Below, one piece after another: positions 13,356-26,279 of a DNA stretch of 49,642 nt (positions are counted from its first letter, which is position 1; each line of letters starts with the position of its first letter). Under the pieces are notes generated by a model that made no database searches, had not been told where the DNA came from, and was given only the letters and a program-made list of their open reading frames with translations. Where the stretch lies: positions 12,106,198 through 12,155,839 of the forward strand of contig NC_068999.1 in NCBI RefSeq assembly GCF_001194135.2. Direction: 5' to 3'. A program made the translations under genes and the position numbers. This stretch comes from Octopus bimaculoides. Its lineage: Eukaryota.

Positions 13356-13548
13356 CCCTTTAGATACCAATCCACCTCTGGCTCTGTAGTACAAATGTCT
13401 TGTTTTCAAAAACCTAAGTCACAATTTATGTTCGTAACACTAGCTTAACGATAACTAACTTCATTATTATTTACTAACTTCTTAGTTACATTTAAAATTA
13501 ATTAAAAGAAAGACAGAGCATCTCCACAGAAATATGGTAACAAAAGGG
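13356..13548. mobile_element. piggyBac-like MITE, 193 bp
   Basis: TTAA|CCCTTTAGATACC ... GGTAACAAAAGGG|TTAA: TTAA duplication with CCC/GGG termini. Confidence 0.8.
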
Positions 13549-13949
13549 TTAATTTATCTTGAGAAACCAGTATTCCAGCATGGCCAGCCATATGTGGCTT
13601 TAGTATGAGGAACCAGAAACGGTGTCATCAAAAGCTTTCTCCTTTAAACAGCCAAGAGGTAAAGTTATCTTTCTGCTTTAATGCAGAAAGCTTTAGCAAC
13701 ACTTTCCGATAATGCATTCAGATTCACAGTTTTCTTCGTGCATTTAACGGGTTACTGTTTCTTGGATGGTTCCAATCAAAAGACATCCAGGAGTTAGAGT
13801 GAATGGATACAATGCACAAGTACCACGATTCTCATTCCACATACGGACAAACAATTCAGAGCTTTATTCACCAGAGGCAATTCCAGGTGGCAGGTCATGT
13901 ATAAAGGAGTACAGAAACAATGGTGTGTCATTTAGAACATGACTGAAAC

Positions 13950-14048
13950 TAGTGGTAGTAGTAGTAGTGGTGGTGGTGGTGGTGGTAGTAGTAGTAGTAG
14001 TGGTGGTAGTAGTAGCAGCAGTAGCAGCAGCAGTAGTATTAGTAGTAT

Positions 14049-14090
<42 letters not shown>

Positions 14091-14097
14091 TAGCAGC

Positions 14098-14135
<38 letters not shown>

Positions 14136-14215
14136 CAGCAGTAATAGTAGTAGTAGTAGTAGCAGCAAGTTGTAGTAGTAGTAGTAGTAGTATTAGTAGT
14201 AATAGTAGTAGTAGG

Positions 14216-14246
<31 letters not shown>

Positions 14247-14370
14247 GTAGTAGTAGTAGTAGTAGTGATGGTGGTGGTATGAAAGCTGTAGTAATCATCA
14301 TTATAGCAGCTGTAGTAGTGGTTGTGGTGGTGACAGTGGTAGTAGTAGTGGTGATTGTGGTGGTAATAGT
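13950..14370. repeat. Compound (GTA/GCA/GTG/TTA)n microsatellite
   Basis: Direct inspection; explains the poly-S/V/T/L ORFs. Confidence 0.95.
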
Positions 14371-15616
14371 AGTAAAAAGACCAGAAGAAGCAACAGCAAT
14401 GGCAATATTTGACCAAAATATGACATCATAAGGGTACAGGAAATGAGAGATTTTCTATGAGCTCATAAATTCTGCAAGAAATAGCAGCAAATTCTGCCTC
14501 AGGTTCAATTCTCAATTTATTAAAGAAAATAACTCATGGGGTCAATGGAATAATATAGTGCAGAAAACACCTACCCTGAAAAAGAAAAAAACAAAAAACA
14601 AAGGAGAGATGGTCAAGGCTGGAGTGCCTTTATAATAGATCCATTTCATCAAAGGAGACTTGCAGGATAAACAACAAGAAAACAATGGGCAAAGTCTCGT
14701 TGCGATCATTCAACTAACAAGAAACGGTAGCAAAACTCCCTCCAATTGCATCATCTTAACATCATAAAAAAAAACAAACCAAAAAAAAAAAAGAATGGCC
14801 GTATTAGATAATGTAGTCCAAGATACTCAACGCCTTTCCCTGCCCCTGAGAGGGGTCCTGAGATAAGGTCGTGACTTCTGATCAAAACAATCTTCTGAGA
14901 TTAGAAGTAGCTTGATGCTAAAACAACAACAACACTCCCTAAGTATATTCCTTAATAACTCTGCCTACTTACCATCGTCAAGTGAGCATGACATCTTGTT
15001 GCTTGTTAATTACCACCCCAGGTAATGAATGAATTAGGAAAGAAACCAAACGAAGATAGCAAAAAAAGTAGGAGTTTCACGCTCCAAGAGCACTGACTGA
15101 AGTCTTACATAAGCATGTTGTTGTTTCTTTTATTTCTTGTTTGCTCGGTTTGTTATCTTTTGTTTTTAGGTATATTTTTTTTTTTAATTCGGAGTGGGTG
15201 GGTGGGTGGTTGCTTTCGTATTGCTTTGGAAACGAGAAAGGGGAAAAAGACAAAAACAACAGAGAACAAGAAGTAAAAGAAGAAAAAAAGAAAAGAACGA
15301 AAAGAAGAAACCCATGTAGGCCTGACCCTTGCTTTCCCACTGCTGCTGATGCCGCCAACGTAAAGCAAAAAGAGCGTAAAAGACTAGGAGGGTATGAGAA
15401 AAGCAACACGACAACCTGTTCATGAGGCTCCACTGATTTACATTTGAACAAGTGTTGGGTGGAGGGCTTTCAGGCTGTCATTGTCTATCTCTCTGCGAGC
15501 AAGTTTCTCTGCTCCAACTGTCAATTGTCATGTGTGTGTGTGAGTGTGTGCGTTTGTGAGTGTGTGTGAGAGAGGGAGAAAAAGAGAAATAAAGAGAGCG
15601 AAAGAGAAAGAGAAAT

Positions 15617-15666
<50 letters not shown>

Positions 15667-16225
15667 TTTACTGAAACCACATGGCTCTTTCTCTCTCTCT
15701 CTCTCTCTCTCGACAGAATGGAGTAAAGAAGAACGCTGAGTTTCACAGCTCAACAAGAGTGACTACATCATCATCACAATCACCATCACCATTATCCACA
15801 TTGTCGTCGCCATCGCTATTATCATTTTCAAGACCGCTTAGCCATGCTTGCATGGAGCTGGTGAAATTCATAGGGACAGATTTTCCATGCCCTTTGGATG
15901 CCCTTCCTGTTGCAAACCTGCATTTGTTGGCTCGTCGTGTTTTCGTTGAAGAGTGAATATGAAGGACACAAGTTATATGATAGTGACAGTCTTTTTTAAA
16001 ACTGTCATGCAATGTCAAGACAAGGGAAAACCTTCAACTATACACTGACCTGCCCTAGATGCAACTGGAACTGATCCAAGGGAGATAACTCCACCTCACC
16101 CATATATATTGCCAGCAGACTTCTGTTCTAGAATCTTTTTGTACACAAAATTAACTCAGCCTGACATATGCCTTCCTTCAGTTGTAGAGAGGTTTTGTAT
16201 CTCCGGCCAACGAGTCTGAGAAGTT

Positions 16226-16313
16226 GCCTATACAGCTAAATGCTTTATAGCCTATACAGCTAAATGCTTTATAGCCTATACAGCTAAATGCTTTATAGGC
16301 TAAATGCTTTATA
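16226..16313. repeat. 24-bp tandem repeat gcctatacagctaaatgctttata, 3 full copies plus a partial
   Basis: Units at 16226, 16250 and 16274 are identical. Confidence 0.95.
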
Positions 16314-16365
16314 CCAATGATCACCCTCAGACTGGCCATAACAAACACCCTTATAACTATACATA

Positions 16366-16600
16366 CAGGGTGGCCCAAAAGTAGGTTTACAGTTATTCAA
16401 CTATCTCTTTTGCATTCATATATTAACACTTTAGATCTTAATTATAAAAAAATAGGAAACCATTATTCTATGCTATTTTAGTTAATTTTGTCAATCTCGC
16501 TTTTCAGTTAATAAGCTAGAAATTTAAATATAATAAAATGTTTTAAAATAAATTTAAAGTGCCTACGTGATAACTTTAAACCTACTTTTGGGCCATCCTG
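16366..16600. mobile_element. Tc1/mariner-type MITE, 235 bp
   Basis: 30-bp TIRs CAGGGTGGCCCAAAAGTAGGTTTACAGTTA / CAGGATGGCCCAAAAGTAGGTTTAAAGTTA (2 mismatches), TA on both sides, AT-rich noncoding interior. Confidence 0.9.
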
Positions 16601-16628
16601 TATATATATACATATATATACATATATA

Positions 16629-16694
<66 letters not shown>

Positions 16695-17557
16695 NNNNNN
16701 NNNNNNNNNNNNNNNNNNNNNNNNNNNNNNNNNNNNNNNNNNNNNNNNNNNNNNNNNNNNNNNNNNNNNNNNNNNNNNNNNNNNNNNNNNNNNNNNNNNN
16801 NNNNNNNNNNNNNNNNNNNNNNNNNNNNNNNNNNNNNNNNNNNNNNNNNNNNNNNNNNNNNNNNNNNNNNNNNNNNNNNNNNNNNNNNNNNNNNNNNNNN
16901 NNNNNNNNNNNNNNNNNNNNNNNNNNNNNNNNNNNNNNNNNNNNNNNNNNNNNNNNNNNNNNNNNNNNNNNNNNNNNNNNNNNNNNNNNNNNNNNNNNNN
17001 NNNNNNNNNNNNNNNNNNNNNNNNNNNNNNNNNNNNNNNNNNNNNNNNNNNNNNNNNNNNNNNNNNNNNNNNNNNNNNNNNNNNNNNNNNNNNNNNNNNN
17101 NNNNNNNNNNNNNNNNNNNNNNNNNNNNNNNNNNNNNNNNNNNNNNNNNNNNNNNNNNNNNNNNNNNNNNNNNNNNNNNNNNNNNNNNNNNNNNNNNNNN
17201 NNNNNNNNNNNNNNNNNNNNNNNNNNNNNNNNNNNNNNNNNNNNNNNNNNNNNNNNNNNNNNNNNNNNNNNNNNNNNNNNNNNNNNNNNNNNNNNNNNNN
17301 NNNNNNNNNNNNNNNNNNNNNNNNNNNNNNNNNNNNNNNNNNNNNNNNNNNNNNNNNNNNNNNNNNNNNNNNNNNNNNNNNNNNNNNNNNNNNNNNNNNN
17401 NNNNNNNNNNNNNNNNNNNNNNNNNNNNNNNNNNNNNNNNNNNNNNNNNNNNNNNNNNNNNNNNNNNNNNNNNNNNNNNNNNNNNNNNNNNNNNNNNNNN
17501 NNNNNNNNNNNNNNNNNNNNNNNNNNNNNNNNNNNNNNNNNNNNNNNNNNNNNNNNN

Positions 17558-17594
<37 letters not shown>

Positions 17595-20500
17595 TACAAC
17601 GAGCTTCTTTCAGTTTCCGTCTACCAAATCCACTCACAAGGCTTTGGTCAGCCCAAGGATATAGTAGAGGACACTTGCCCAAGGTGCCACGCAGTGGGAC
17701 TGAACCTGGAACCATTGCTGGTGATGGCTGGGATGGATTTTGGTCTTTCTCTACAGCATGTTATTTGAGGACAAATACTACGGTAACTGGCCTGACCCCA
17801 GTGTGTATACAGGAAACATTACAAACAGATGGAACAAGGCAGCATGGGAGAATCATTAGCACGTCGGACAAAATGCTTAGTGGCGTTTTCCAGACCCTTT
17901 ACATTCTGAGTTCAAATTCCGCCAAGTCAGCTTTGCCCTTCATCCTTTCACAGTTGATAAAATTCATTAAAACTGAGCTGAGTGAATTGGAGCAACATGA
18001 AATAAAATGTCTTGCTGAAGAACACAACACACAGCCCGGTGCAGGATTCGAACTCACAACCTCACGATCGTAAGCTCGACGCTCTAACCACTGAACCATG
18101 TGCCTTCACATATTCATATATATATAATGGGCTTATATATATATGTACATGCAATGTGTATGTGTGCATGTGTGTAAGTGTGTGTGTGCCTTTGTGTTTG
18201 TGTTTGTCCCACCACCACTGCTTGATCACCGGTGTTGGTGTGTTTACATCCCTGTAGCTTAGAACTTCAGCAAAAAAGACCAACAGAATAAATAGACGGC
18301 TTTAAAAGAATAACACAAGCCCTAGGTTTGACTCTTCTGACTAAAATCTCTCCAAGACAGTACCCCAGTATGGCCACAGTCTGATAAGTGAAACAAGTAA
18401 AAGCTATCTACTAGTGGCGCTGAGAAATCAGGACAGAGAAGTAGTAAGGGGTAGCAGGTGGAGACACACAGTTAAAGAAACAATGGCCGAGAAGTAGTTT
18501 CCAGTGAATGGATGTCAAAAGGGTTAAACCACAATTTCCGCTCAAATGGCCACATTGATACTTGATGGCATAAAATTGATTTTTACTGTATTATTCATAA
18601 GTATAACATTGAATGTTAAATCAGAATTTACGCCTAAATTGGTATTTGATGTCACAAAATTGATTTTTACTGTACGTACACTGAACGTGTATGTACAAAA
18701 GTTTAGCCTAACTAAACTCTGGCGTTTGCAAGTCTAAAATATCAATTGTGAAAAGTATTATCATGAATAACGATTTCTAACTTTGGCACAAAGCCAGAAA
18801 TATGGGAGGAAGAAGAAGGTACAGTTAATTAAATCAACCTCTAATACTAAGACTACTCGTTATTTTATTGATCTCAGAGGAAATGAAAGCCAAAGTTAAC
18901 CATTTGAACACACAGTTTAAAGGAATCTTAAGTAAAAATTTCAAAGCAATTAATCTGTCATTTGATTCAACCAATTCCCCCTCTCTCTCTCTCTGCACTG
19001 TTAATCATAAATATAACTTTTAATTTAACTCTATGAAAGTTTACAATTAAATTAGTGTTTGGTGATATCAAATTAACTTTTTTTTTCTTTTTTCAATAAT
19101 TACTAATAATTTGGTGCTTGGTATTATTATACAGTATTATATTTTTATAATATTTATAATTTAAAATTTCATAAAATTATATGATTATAAATACTTGCTC
19201 TTTTTCCTTCTCTTTTTGTTTTAATTAAATGATTTGTTTCATTGTTATATTTTTTTTTCTTAATTAGAACTAATTTAGTAGTTGGTATTATAAAACTTTA
19301 TGATTGCAAATCATAAAATTACAACTTTATGAATTTAAATTTTCTAAAATTAGGCAATTAATGTTTGGTATTATTAAATATCTTAACATCATAATTTTTA
19401 TGATTTTTAACGACTTTATAATTTTGAATTTTATAAAATGACTGCATTGTCGTTATATAATTTTTAAAAATTAAATGAAGTTAATTTGTGATATAAATTA
19501 TTTGTTTCATTGTTAATTTTGAGTTTAAATTATAACATTTTAGTTTTATATGATACACATATATCACTCTTAGAAAATAGTTTTTGCATTAATTTCTACA
19601 CATATGGGACTTCGTATTTTAATAATTTTTATAATTTTAAAATGTAAAATTTCCAAAGCTTATTTAGTGTCATAAATGTATTCTAACTAATTACTAATAA
19701 TTTGTTGTTTAAAATTATGAAGTCGACTGCCACAACTGTCACCATCACCAGTGTCGCTGCCACCACCACCACTACCATCAACGCTTCCACCGTCACCACC
19801 GAAACCACCATCATTTTACAACTGTAATATTTCTTGTCTCCCAAATCATTAGAAAGGGTTATCATGTGCACAATAAATTAAGATCAGGTTTGTCCCTGGG
19901 TGTCATGAAAGAAAACTTACAGGGTTAATAACAAGAGCGTCTAGCTGTAAAATACTAAAAAATAAAAATATAAAATAGGCGCAGGAGTGGCTGTGTGGTA
20001 AGTAGCTTGCTTACCAACCACATGGTTCTGGGTTCAGTCCCACTGCGTGGCATCTTGGGCAAGTGTCTTCTACTATGGCCTCGGGCCGACCAAAGCCTTG
20101 TGAGTAGATTTGGTAGCCGGAAACTGAAAGAAGGTCGTTGTATATANNNNNNNNNNNNNNNNNNNNNNNNNNNNNNNNNNNNNNNNNNNNNNNNNNNNNN
20201 NNNNNNNNNNNNNNNNNNNNNNNNNNNNNNNNNNNNNNNNNNNNNNNNNNNNNNNNNNNNNNNNNNNNNNNNNNNNNNNNNNNNNNNNNNNNNNNNNNNN
20301 NNNNNNNNNNNNNNNNNNNNNNNNNNNNNNNNNNNNNNNNNNNNNNNNNNNNNNNNNNNNNNNNNNNNNNNNNNNNNNNNNNNNNNNNNNNNNNNNNNNN
20401 NNNNNNNNNNNNNNNNNNNNNNNNNNNNNNNNNNNNNNNNNNNNNNNNNNNNNNNNNNNNNNNNNNNNNNNNNNNNNNNNNNNNNNNNNNNNNNNNNNNN

Positions 20501-20869
20501 NNNNNNNNNNNNNNNNNNNNNNNNNNNNNNNNNNNNNNNNNNNNNNNNNNNNNNNNNNNNNNNNNNNNNNNNNNNNNNNNNNNNNNNNNNNNNNNNNNNN
20601 NNNNNNNNNNNNNNNNNNNNNNNNNNNNNNNNNNNNNNNNNNNNNNNNNNNNNNNNNNNNNNNNNNNNNNNNNNNNNNNNNNNNNNNNNNNNNNNNNNNN
20701 NNNNNNNNNNNNNNNNNNNNNNNNNNNNNNNNNNNNNNNNNNNNNNNNNNNNNNNNNNNNNNNNNNNNNNNNNNNNNNNNNNNNNNNNNNNNNNNNNNNN
20801 NNNNNNNNNNNNNNNNNNNNNNNNNNNNNNNNNNAATATGTTATTTTAAGCAAATATTTATGTATAAAT

Positions 20870-20952
20870 TTCATAAGCGTTTATAAAGGGGTCCCTAAGG
20901 TAAAGCCTGAAATATAAAGGAGTCCGCAAGTCAAAAAGTTTGAAAACCCCTG
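20870..20952. mobile_element. One end of a hAT (Charlie-like) MITE; the remainder probably lies in the gap 20148-20834
   Basis: Ends ...aaaaagtttgaaaacccctg (reverse complement CAGGGGTTTTCAAAC), immediately followed by ctctagag, which matches the NTCTAGAN target preference of Charlie-type hATs. Confidence 0.7.
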
Positions 20953-20972
20953 CTCTAGAGGATCCTTGTGAA

Positions 20973-21320
20973 GGCGCATGGCTCAGTGGTCAGAGCGCAT
21001 GGCTCAGAGTGTCGAGCTTATGATTGTGAGTTTGTGAGTTCGAATCCCGGACCGGGCTGCGTGTTGTGTTCTTGAGCAAGACACTTTATTTCACGTTGCT
21101 TCAGTTCACTCAGCTGTAGAAATTAGTTGCGACGTCACAAGTGCCAAGCTGTATCGGCCCCTTTGCCTTTCCCTTGGCTAACATTAGTGGCATAGAGTGA
21201 GGAGGCCGGTATGCTTGGGCGACTGCTAGTCCTCCATAAACAACATTGCCCAGACTTATGCCCCAAGGGGAAACTTTCTAGGTGCAACCCCATGGTCAGT
21301 CATGACCGAAAGGGGTCTCA
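20973..21320 (+). mobile_element. tRNA-derived SINE family C, full-length
   Basis: A-box tggctcagtgg and B-box gttcgaatcc, followed by a non-tRNA body; the head has a 13-bp internal duplication. Partial copies at about 17985-18108(-) and 4715-4880(+). Confidence 0.8.
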
Positions 21321-21926
21321 GCATCCCCTACAAGCATCACATATCTACACCAGTTCAGTCTTCTCTCTTATACACTGAATTTACTTTCTCTTATGTCTAG
21401 TTTTGCCATTGGCTCCTTTACACATCCAGTGAAGCAGGCTTGCTACATCTGTTTTGCCACAACCTTCACATATCGTTCTCATTCAATGCCACAAGCATCA
21501 TACAATCAGCCCTTCACTCAAAGACAGAATCCCTTTGTTGAAAGCGAAACGAACAGCTTCCTAAATCTTTTTTCCACCCCATGGTCACACTAAGTTACAA
21601 TGCTTTTGAAGCGTTTTGACTATTGATTAGATCAGCTAGGTATCAGAAGCGGTCATCTATTCTAAAGAGACTTTTAGGAATTTATAGAAAATCAATATCA
21701 TGAATGTTCTTGCTGCTGTCTACTACTTCACATCTGTTACATTGTTAAGCTGCTCATGATCCCGCTATATATTTCTTTCACACATACTTTACATCGGATA
21801 TACCATATGGCTTTACTATTTATTTTTCTCCTGCGGACCAAACATAGCTTCTTTCCAGATGGAAGAAGTTTCCTCACTTCTGTTTTGCTTACTAAATTTG
21901 TTATCTTTGCTGCAAGCTGTATTTTG

Positions 21927-22243
21927 GTGGAGGCGCAATGGCCCAGTGGTTAGGGCAGCAGACTCGCGGTCGGAGGATCGCGGTTTTGATTCCCAGACTG
22001 AGTGTTGTGAGTGTTTATTGAGCGAAAACACTTAAGCTCCACGAGGCTCCCGCAGGGGGTGGTGGCGACCCTTGTTGTACTGTTTCGCCCCAACTTTCTC
22101 TCACACTTTCTTCCTATTTCTTGAGTAATGCTGCGATGGACTGGCATCCCGTCCAGCTGGGAGGGACACATACACCATAGAAACTGGGAAACCGGGCCCA
22201 TGAGCCTGGCTAGGCTTTGAAAGGGCGAGAAAAAACCCCCCAA
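21927..22243 (+). mobile_element. tRNA-derived SINE family D with a 13-bp target-site duplication
   Basis: A-box tggcccagtgg and degenerate B-box gttttgattcc; flanked by aagctgtattttg at 21914-21926 and 22244-22256. Confidence 0.85.
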
Positions 22244-22299
22244 AAGCTGTATTTTGCAAGCTCTACACAAACCTTACTAAACTAAAGGTTTTATAATAA

Positions 22300-22520
22300 A
22301 CCGTTTGTTACAGAGTGATTGAAATTAAAAGCTGCCACCAAAATACCATATTAATTTTTGCACAAAATACCATATTAATTTTTGCTCAAAATACCATATT
22401 AATTTTTGCTCAAAATACCAACAGGAAAATAGCAGTTATTCTACTAAATTCTTTGTTATTTTCAAAATTAATTGTAACAAAGGCAATGCATTTCAACAGA
22501 AATATGGTAACAGAATGGCT
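22300..22520. mobile_element. Degenerate relative of the 13356 MITE carrying an internal 24-bp tandem array
   Basis: Shares the right-end motif cagaaatatggtaaca with 13527-13542; the termini are eroded. Confidence 0.5.
22339..22420. repeat. 24-bp tandem repeat caaaataccatattaatttttgc(a/t), 3.4 copies
   Basis: Units at 22339, 22363 and 22387. Confidence 0.95.
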
Positions 22521-22918
22521 GAAACTTTGTAATTCTAGTATGTGCTTCCATATTTATAGTTTCTACACAGCCTTTTATGGATTACTGTATTTTAACATGT
22601 ATAAGGAATCCCTTTTTTGACAAAAATTAGGTTAAAAAAATATGGCAGTTTCTTATAATTTCCTCCCTACCCTGACCCCATTTGCCTCAGAGACACTGAA
22701 GATGGTCAACACTGCTCTTTCTCCTCAGATTAAGTCATTAAAAAATTAATAAATATGATTATATTAATAAATATTTGTAATTTTAAGGCTATTTTTAGTT
22801 TGGAATTTGGTGCTTTAAATTGAATGGAAAGAAAGGTACAAACCGAGACAACACAGGAAAGAGGGTGCCCAGTAATTTGTTAGGGATGAAACACTTTTTC
22901 TTAATGTGACAGTTCCAT

Positions 22919-23106
22919 GAAGGGAATCATACTACTGCTATTTAGCCCTAGGAAGCTGCACCACTCCCTGTCGGCCTGGATGCAAGCTTGGCTGGGTGGA
23001 GGTGCTTGTCTCCCCCTCGTAAACATAAGGACACAGGAAATGAGTCAAGGTTGACAGGAAGTGGTGCAGCTTCCTAGGGCTAAATAGCAGTAGTATGATT
23101 CCCTTC
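22919..23106. mobile_element. Foldback/MITE-like element with 59-bp inverted arms
   Basis: 22919-22977 is the reverse complement of 23048-23106 with 3 mismatches (outer 47 bp perfect); 70-bp spacer; no clear TSD. Confidence 0.75.
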
Positions 23107-23444
23107 TGGTAGATGGAAACTGAAAGAAGCTAGTCATATATAAGTATATATGTGTGTGCGAGTGTGTGTCTTTGAGTTTGTGTTTAACCCTGCATGCAGC
23201 CACTTAACAACCAGTGTTGGTGTGTTTATGGCCCTCTAGCTTAGCAGTTTGAAAAAAGAGACCAGACTTTAAACTAAATAAGTACTGGGGTTGATTTGTT
23301 CATGCTCCAGCATGGCCACAATATAATAACTGACACAAGTAAAAGAGGCAAGACAAGTGACTGAGGCCTTAGGCGATATACTTAGGCCTTAGGCGATGAT
23401 GATGCTTGTGTAGATACTGTAGTCGTGGCTGATGTTGGTATCAG

Positions 23445-23650
23445 GTTAATGGCACCTGTGTCAGTGGCACATAAACAAACACCCACTACCTTCTCAGAGT
23501 GGTTGGCATTAGGAAGGGCATCCAGCGATAGAAACCTTGCCAAACCAGATCAGAACCTGGTGCAGCTCCCCGGCTTACCAGTTTTCAGTCAAACCATCCA
23601 ACCCATGGCAGCAGGAAAAACCGACTTCAAATGATGATGATGATGATGAT
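23445..23650 (+). mobile_element. Interspersed repeat family F with (GAT)n tail
   Basis: Shared ggcacctgtg...ttaggaagggcatccagc...gtcaaaccatccaacccatg...gatgatgat. Other copies at about 4388-4610(-), 15790-15930(-), 25000-25200(+), 27420-27600(+). Confidence 0.75.
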
Positions 23651-24242
23651 AATGATGATGGTGAAAAGAATATTAGATAACAAAATCTGCCATCATGTAT
23701 GTATAACCTAGCTACAATCCCATGTCATCGTGTATCTGTGACTTAGCTCATCTGTCACCTCATTTATTTTCTTGTTGAAGTATGCTGTGAGTTGAATCTT
23801 TTTGGCTGACTCATACTTTCGAGTCAGAGTCTCCTATCTCTTTACTTTTTCTCTCTGTCTCTTTATATATAAATATTGATATCTTTCAATGGGTACAATG
23901 GTCACTAAAATGAAATTCTATAAAAACTAATTGTCACACACTGTGCAAAACAGAACGATAAAGAAAGGAGGGAAACTGTGTCTTTGATAATGATACCCAT
24001 CAGACTTGTTGACTTGTTCAAAGTAGAACAGGGTTTCTCTGCACAGAATCCCATACCAATCTTACAGCTGAGGCCTGTCAAAGAGAGATTTTGGTATTTT
24101 CTGTAGAATACTATGCAAGACATGGCTCTCAGACTTTTAAAACAAGAAAGAGAAAAAAAGTGGGAGTGGAATACAGGGAATGGTTTATGCACTTGCTTGA
24201 TTTGCTAGTAGTAGAGGCAATTTTCCTACAAAGTATCCCTAC

Positions 24243-24590
24243 ATTGTCGTTGTCATTGTCATCATCATCTTCATCGTTGTCATCATCATCCTCATCGCCA
24301 CCGTCATCGTCATCATCATTGTCGTCATCATCATCATCATCATCGCCATCGTCATCAACATCATCATCATTGTCATCATCGTCATCATCATCATCAACAT
24401 CACTATCATCGTCGTCATCGTCATCATCATTGTTGTCATCATTATTATCATCATCATCGTCATATACATCATCATTGTCATCGTCGTCGTCATCATCATC
24501 ATCATCATTGTCGTCAACACCATCATCATCACTGTCGTCATCATTGTCATCATCATCGTCATCGTCATCATCGTCATCATCATCATCACA
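24243..24590. repeat. (TCA/TCG/TTG)n degenerate microsatellite
   Basis: Direct inspection. Confidence 0.95.
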
Positions 24591-26004
24591 CCTATCACTT
24601 TACATCTATCTTTTCTTCTACCCGCATTGACCAGACAAAACTCTGTGAAGCCCTTTTTTCTATAGTCGGGTATTCTTTCTTGTCTCAATCTCCACCCGTT
24701 TCCAAGTGAGATTCGTGCTTTCCCCAAATCTTTTGACAATGAACAGCACAATGGCCAGACATGTTTACACGGAAGATTGAAAATGAACGATGCCATCTGA
24801 ATGATGTTGATGTTATAGTTCTATATTTAAGAGATGAGGAATTGTGCACATTATTTACATTTGATGGATATTTGTCCTCATCCACAAGTTAGGAAACACT
24901 CCTCTGACTGAGATAGTTATGTATCTTCTCTACAACAAATCACCGATATCTGTCCCTTTATTATAGTTTAACCTCTCATCTTGAAGGGGTCTTGCATGTT
25001 TCATGGTGACCCCAGTAGTGTTGGTGCCGTGTAAAAAGCACCTGGTCCACTCTGTAAAATCATAAGGAAGGGCATCCAGTCATAGAAACAATGCTGAAAC
25101 AGATATCAGAGCTTGGTGCAGTCTTCTGGCTTGCCAGCTCCAGTCAAACCATCCAGCCGATGCCAATATGGAAAATGAACGATAAATGATGATGATGATA
25201 AGATATATGTGTGATCGTAATCAATTAGTAACCTCACTAATGTCGGTTTTTAAGACTAAAGTATCCAGTACCCTCTGTAAAATGGTTGACATTAAGGAGG
25301 GCAGCTAGCCATACAAACCACGAGGAAACCGACAATAGGACTTAAAGCAGTCCTTCACATCATTAGATCATGTCAAACTGACCAACCAACCACCACCTCC
25401 TTAGCTGCAGTTCTTCCAGCCTAGATGATGATGATGATGATGATGTTGATGATGATGCTATATATATGTTTATCATTCATAAAATGATGATGTGGCTTGA
25501 GTTATTTGCTGTGCTGGAAACAGATAGCAAAGATAACGAATGACTGAGACAAGTGTACAACTGCCGTGTTGAAGAGGAACGGTCCAGTGCAGGCAAGAAG
25601 TTAAATATAAACATTAAATGATGATGACAGTGGTGATGATTATGATAGTGATAATGATGAGGTTACGGTCCCTTATGATACTTGTTCTGCTAAGAGTTAC
25701 AGATGCTCATTTGTAAAGCATGCTCTCTCAAAAGCAGTGAATTAGTGAAATTCCTTGATGGCAATATGCTGCCGACAGTTACTGTTTCAGAAGCTGAAAT
25801 ATATCAAAACAAATGCTTTTGCTTGTTTCAGTCATTTGACTGTGGCCATGCTGGAGCACTGCCTTTAGTCTAGCAAATTAACCTCAGGGCTTATTCTTTG
25901 TAAGCCTAGCACTTATTCTATTGATCTTTTTTGCCGAACCGTTAAGTTACAGGGACGTAAACACACCAGCATCGGTTGTCAAGCAATGTTGGAGAAACAG
26001 ACAG

Positions 26005-26036
<32 letters not shown>

Positions 26037-26279
26037 GACAGGTTTTCTTCAGTTTCCATCTACCAATTACACTCACAAGGCTTAGGTCAGCCCGAGGCTA
26101 TAGTAGAAGACACTTGCCCAAGTGGGACTGAACCCAGAACCATGTGGTTGGGAAGTAAGCTGCCTGCCAAAAAAAAAGAAGAAGATAAGTAAATAAGAAC
26201 AAAACAACAATAATGATAAAAAAAAACTCCCATTCTTCTCAAACCATCCAATTACGTCCCTTACATTTGCCATGAAAGG

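Noticed and set aside
13864-13950. Minus-strand exon-like stretch (SFSHVLNDTPLFLYSFIHDLPPGIAS) with a possible gtgaat donor
   Set aside because: No acceptor (the upstream DNA is microsatellite), no recognisable homology, and MPDU1 exons 1 and 2 already join correctly.
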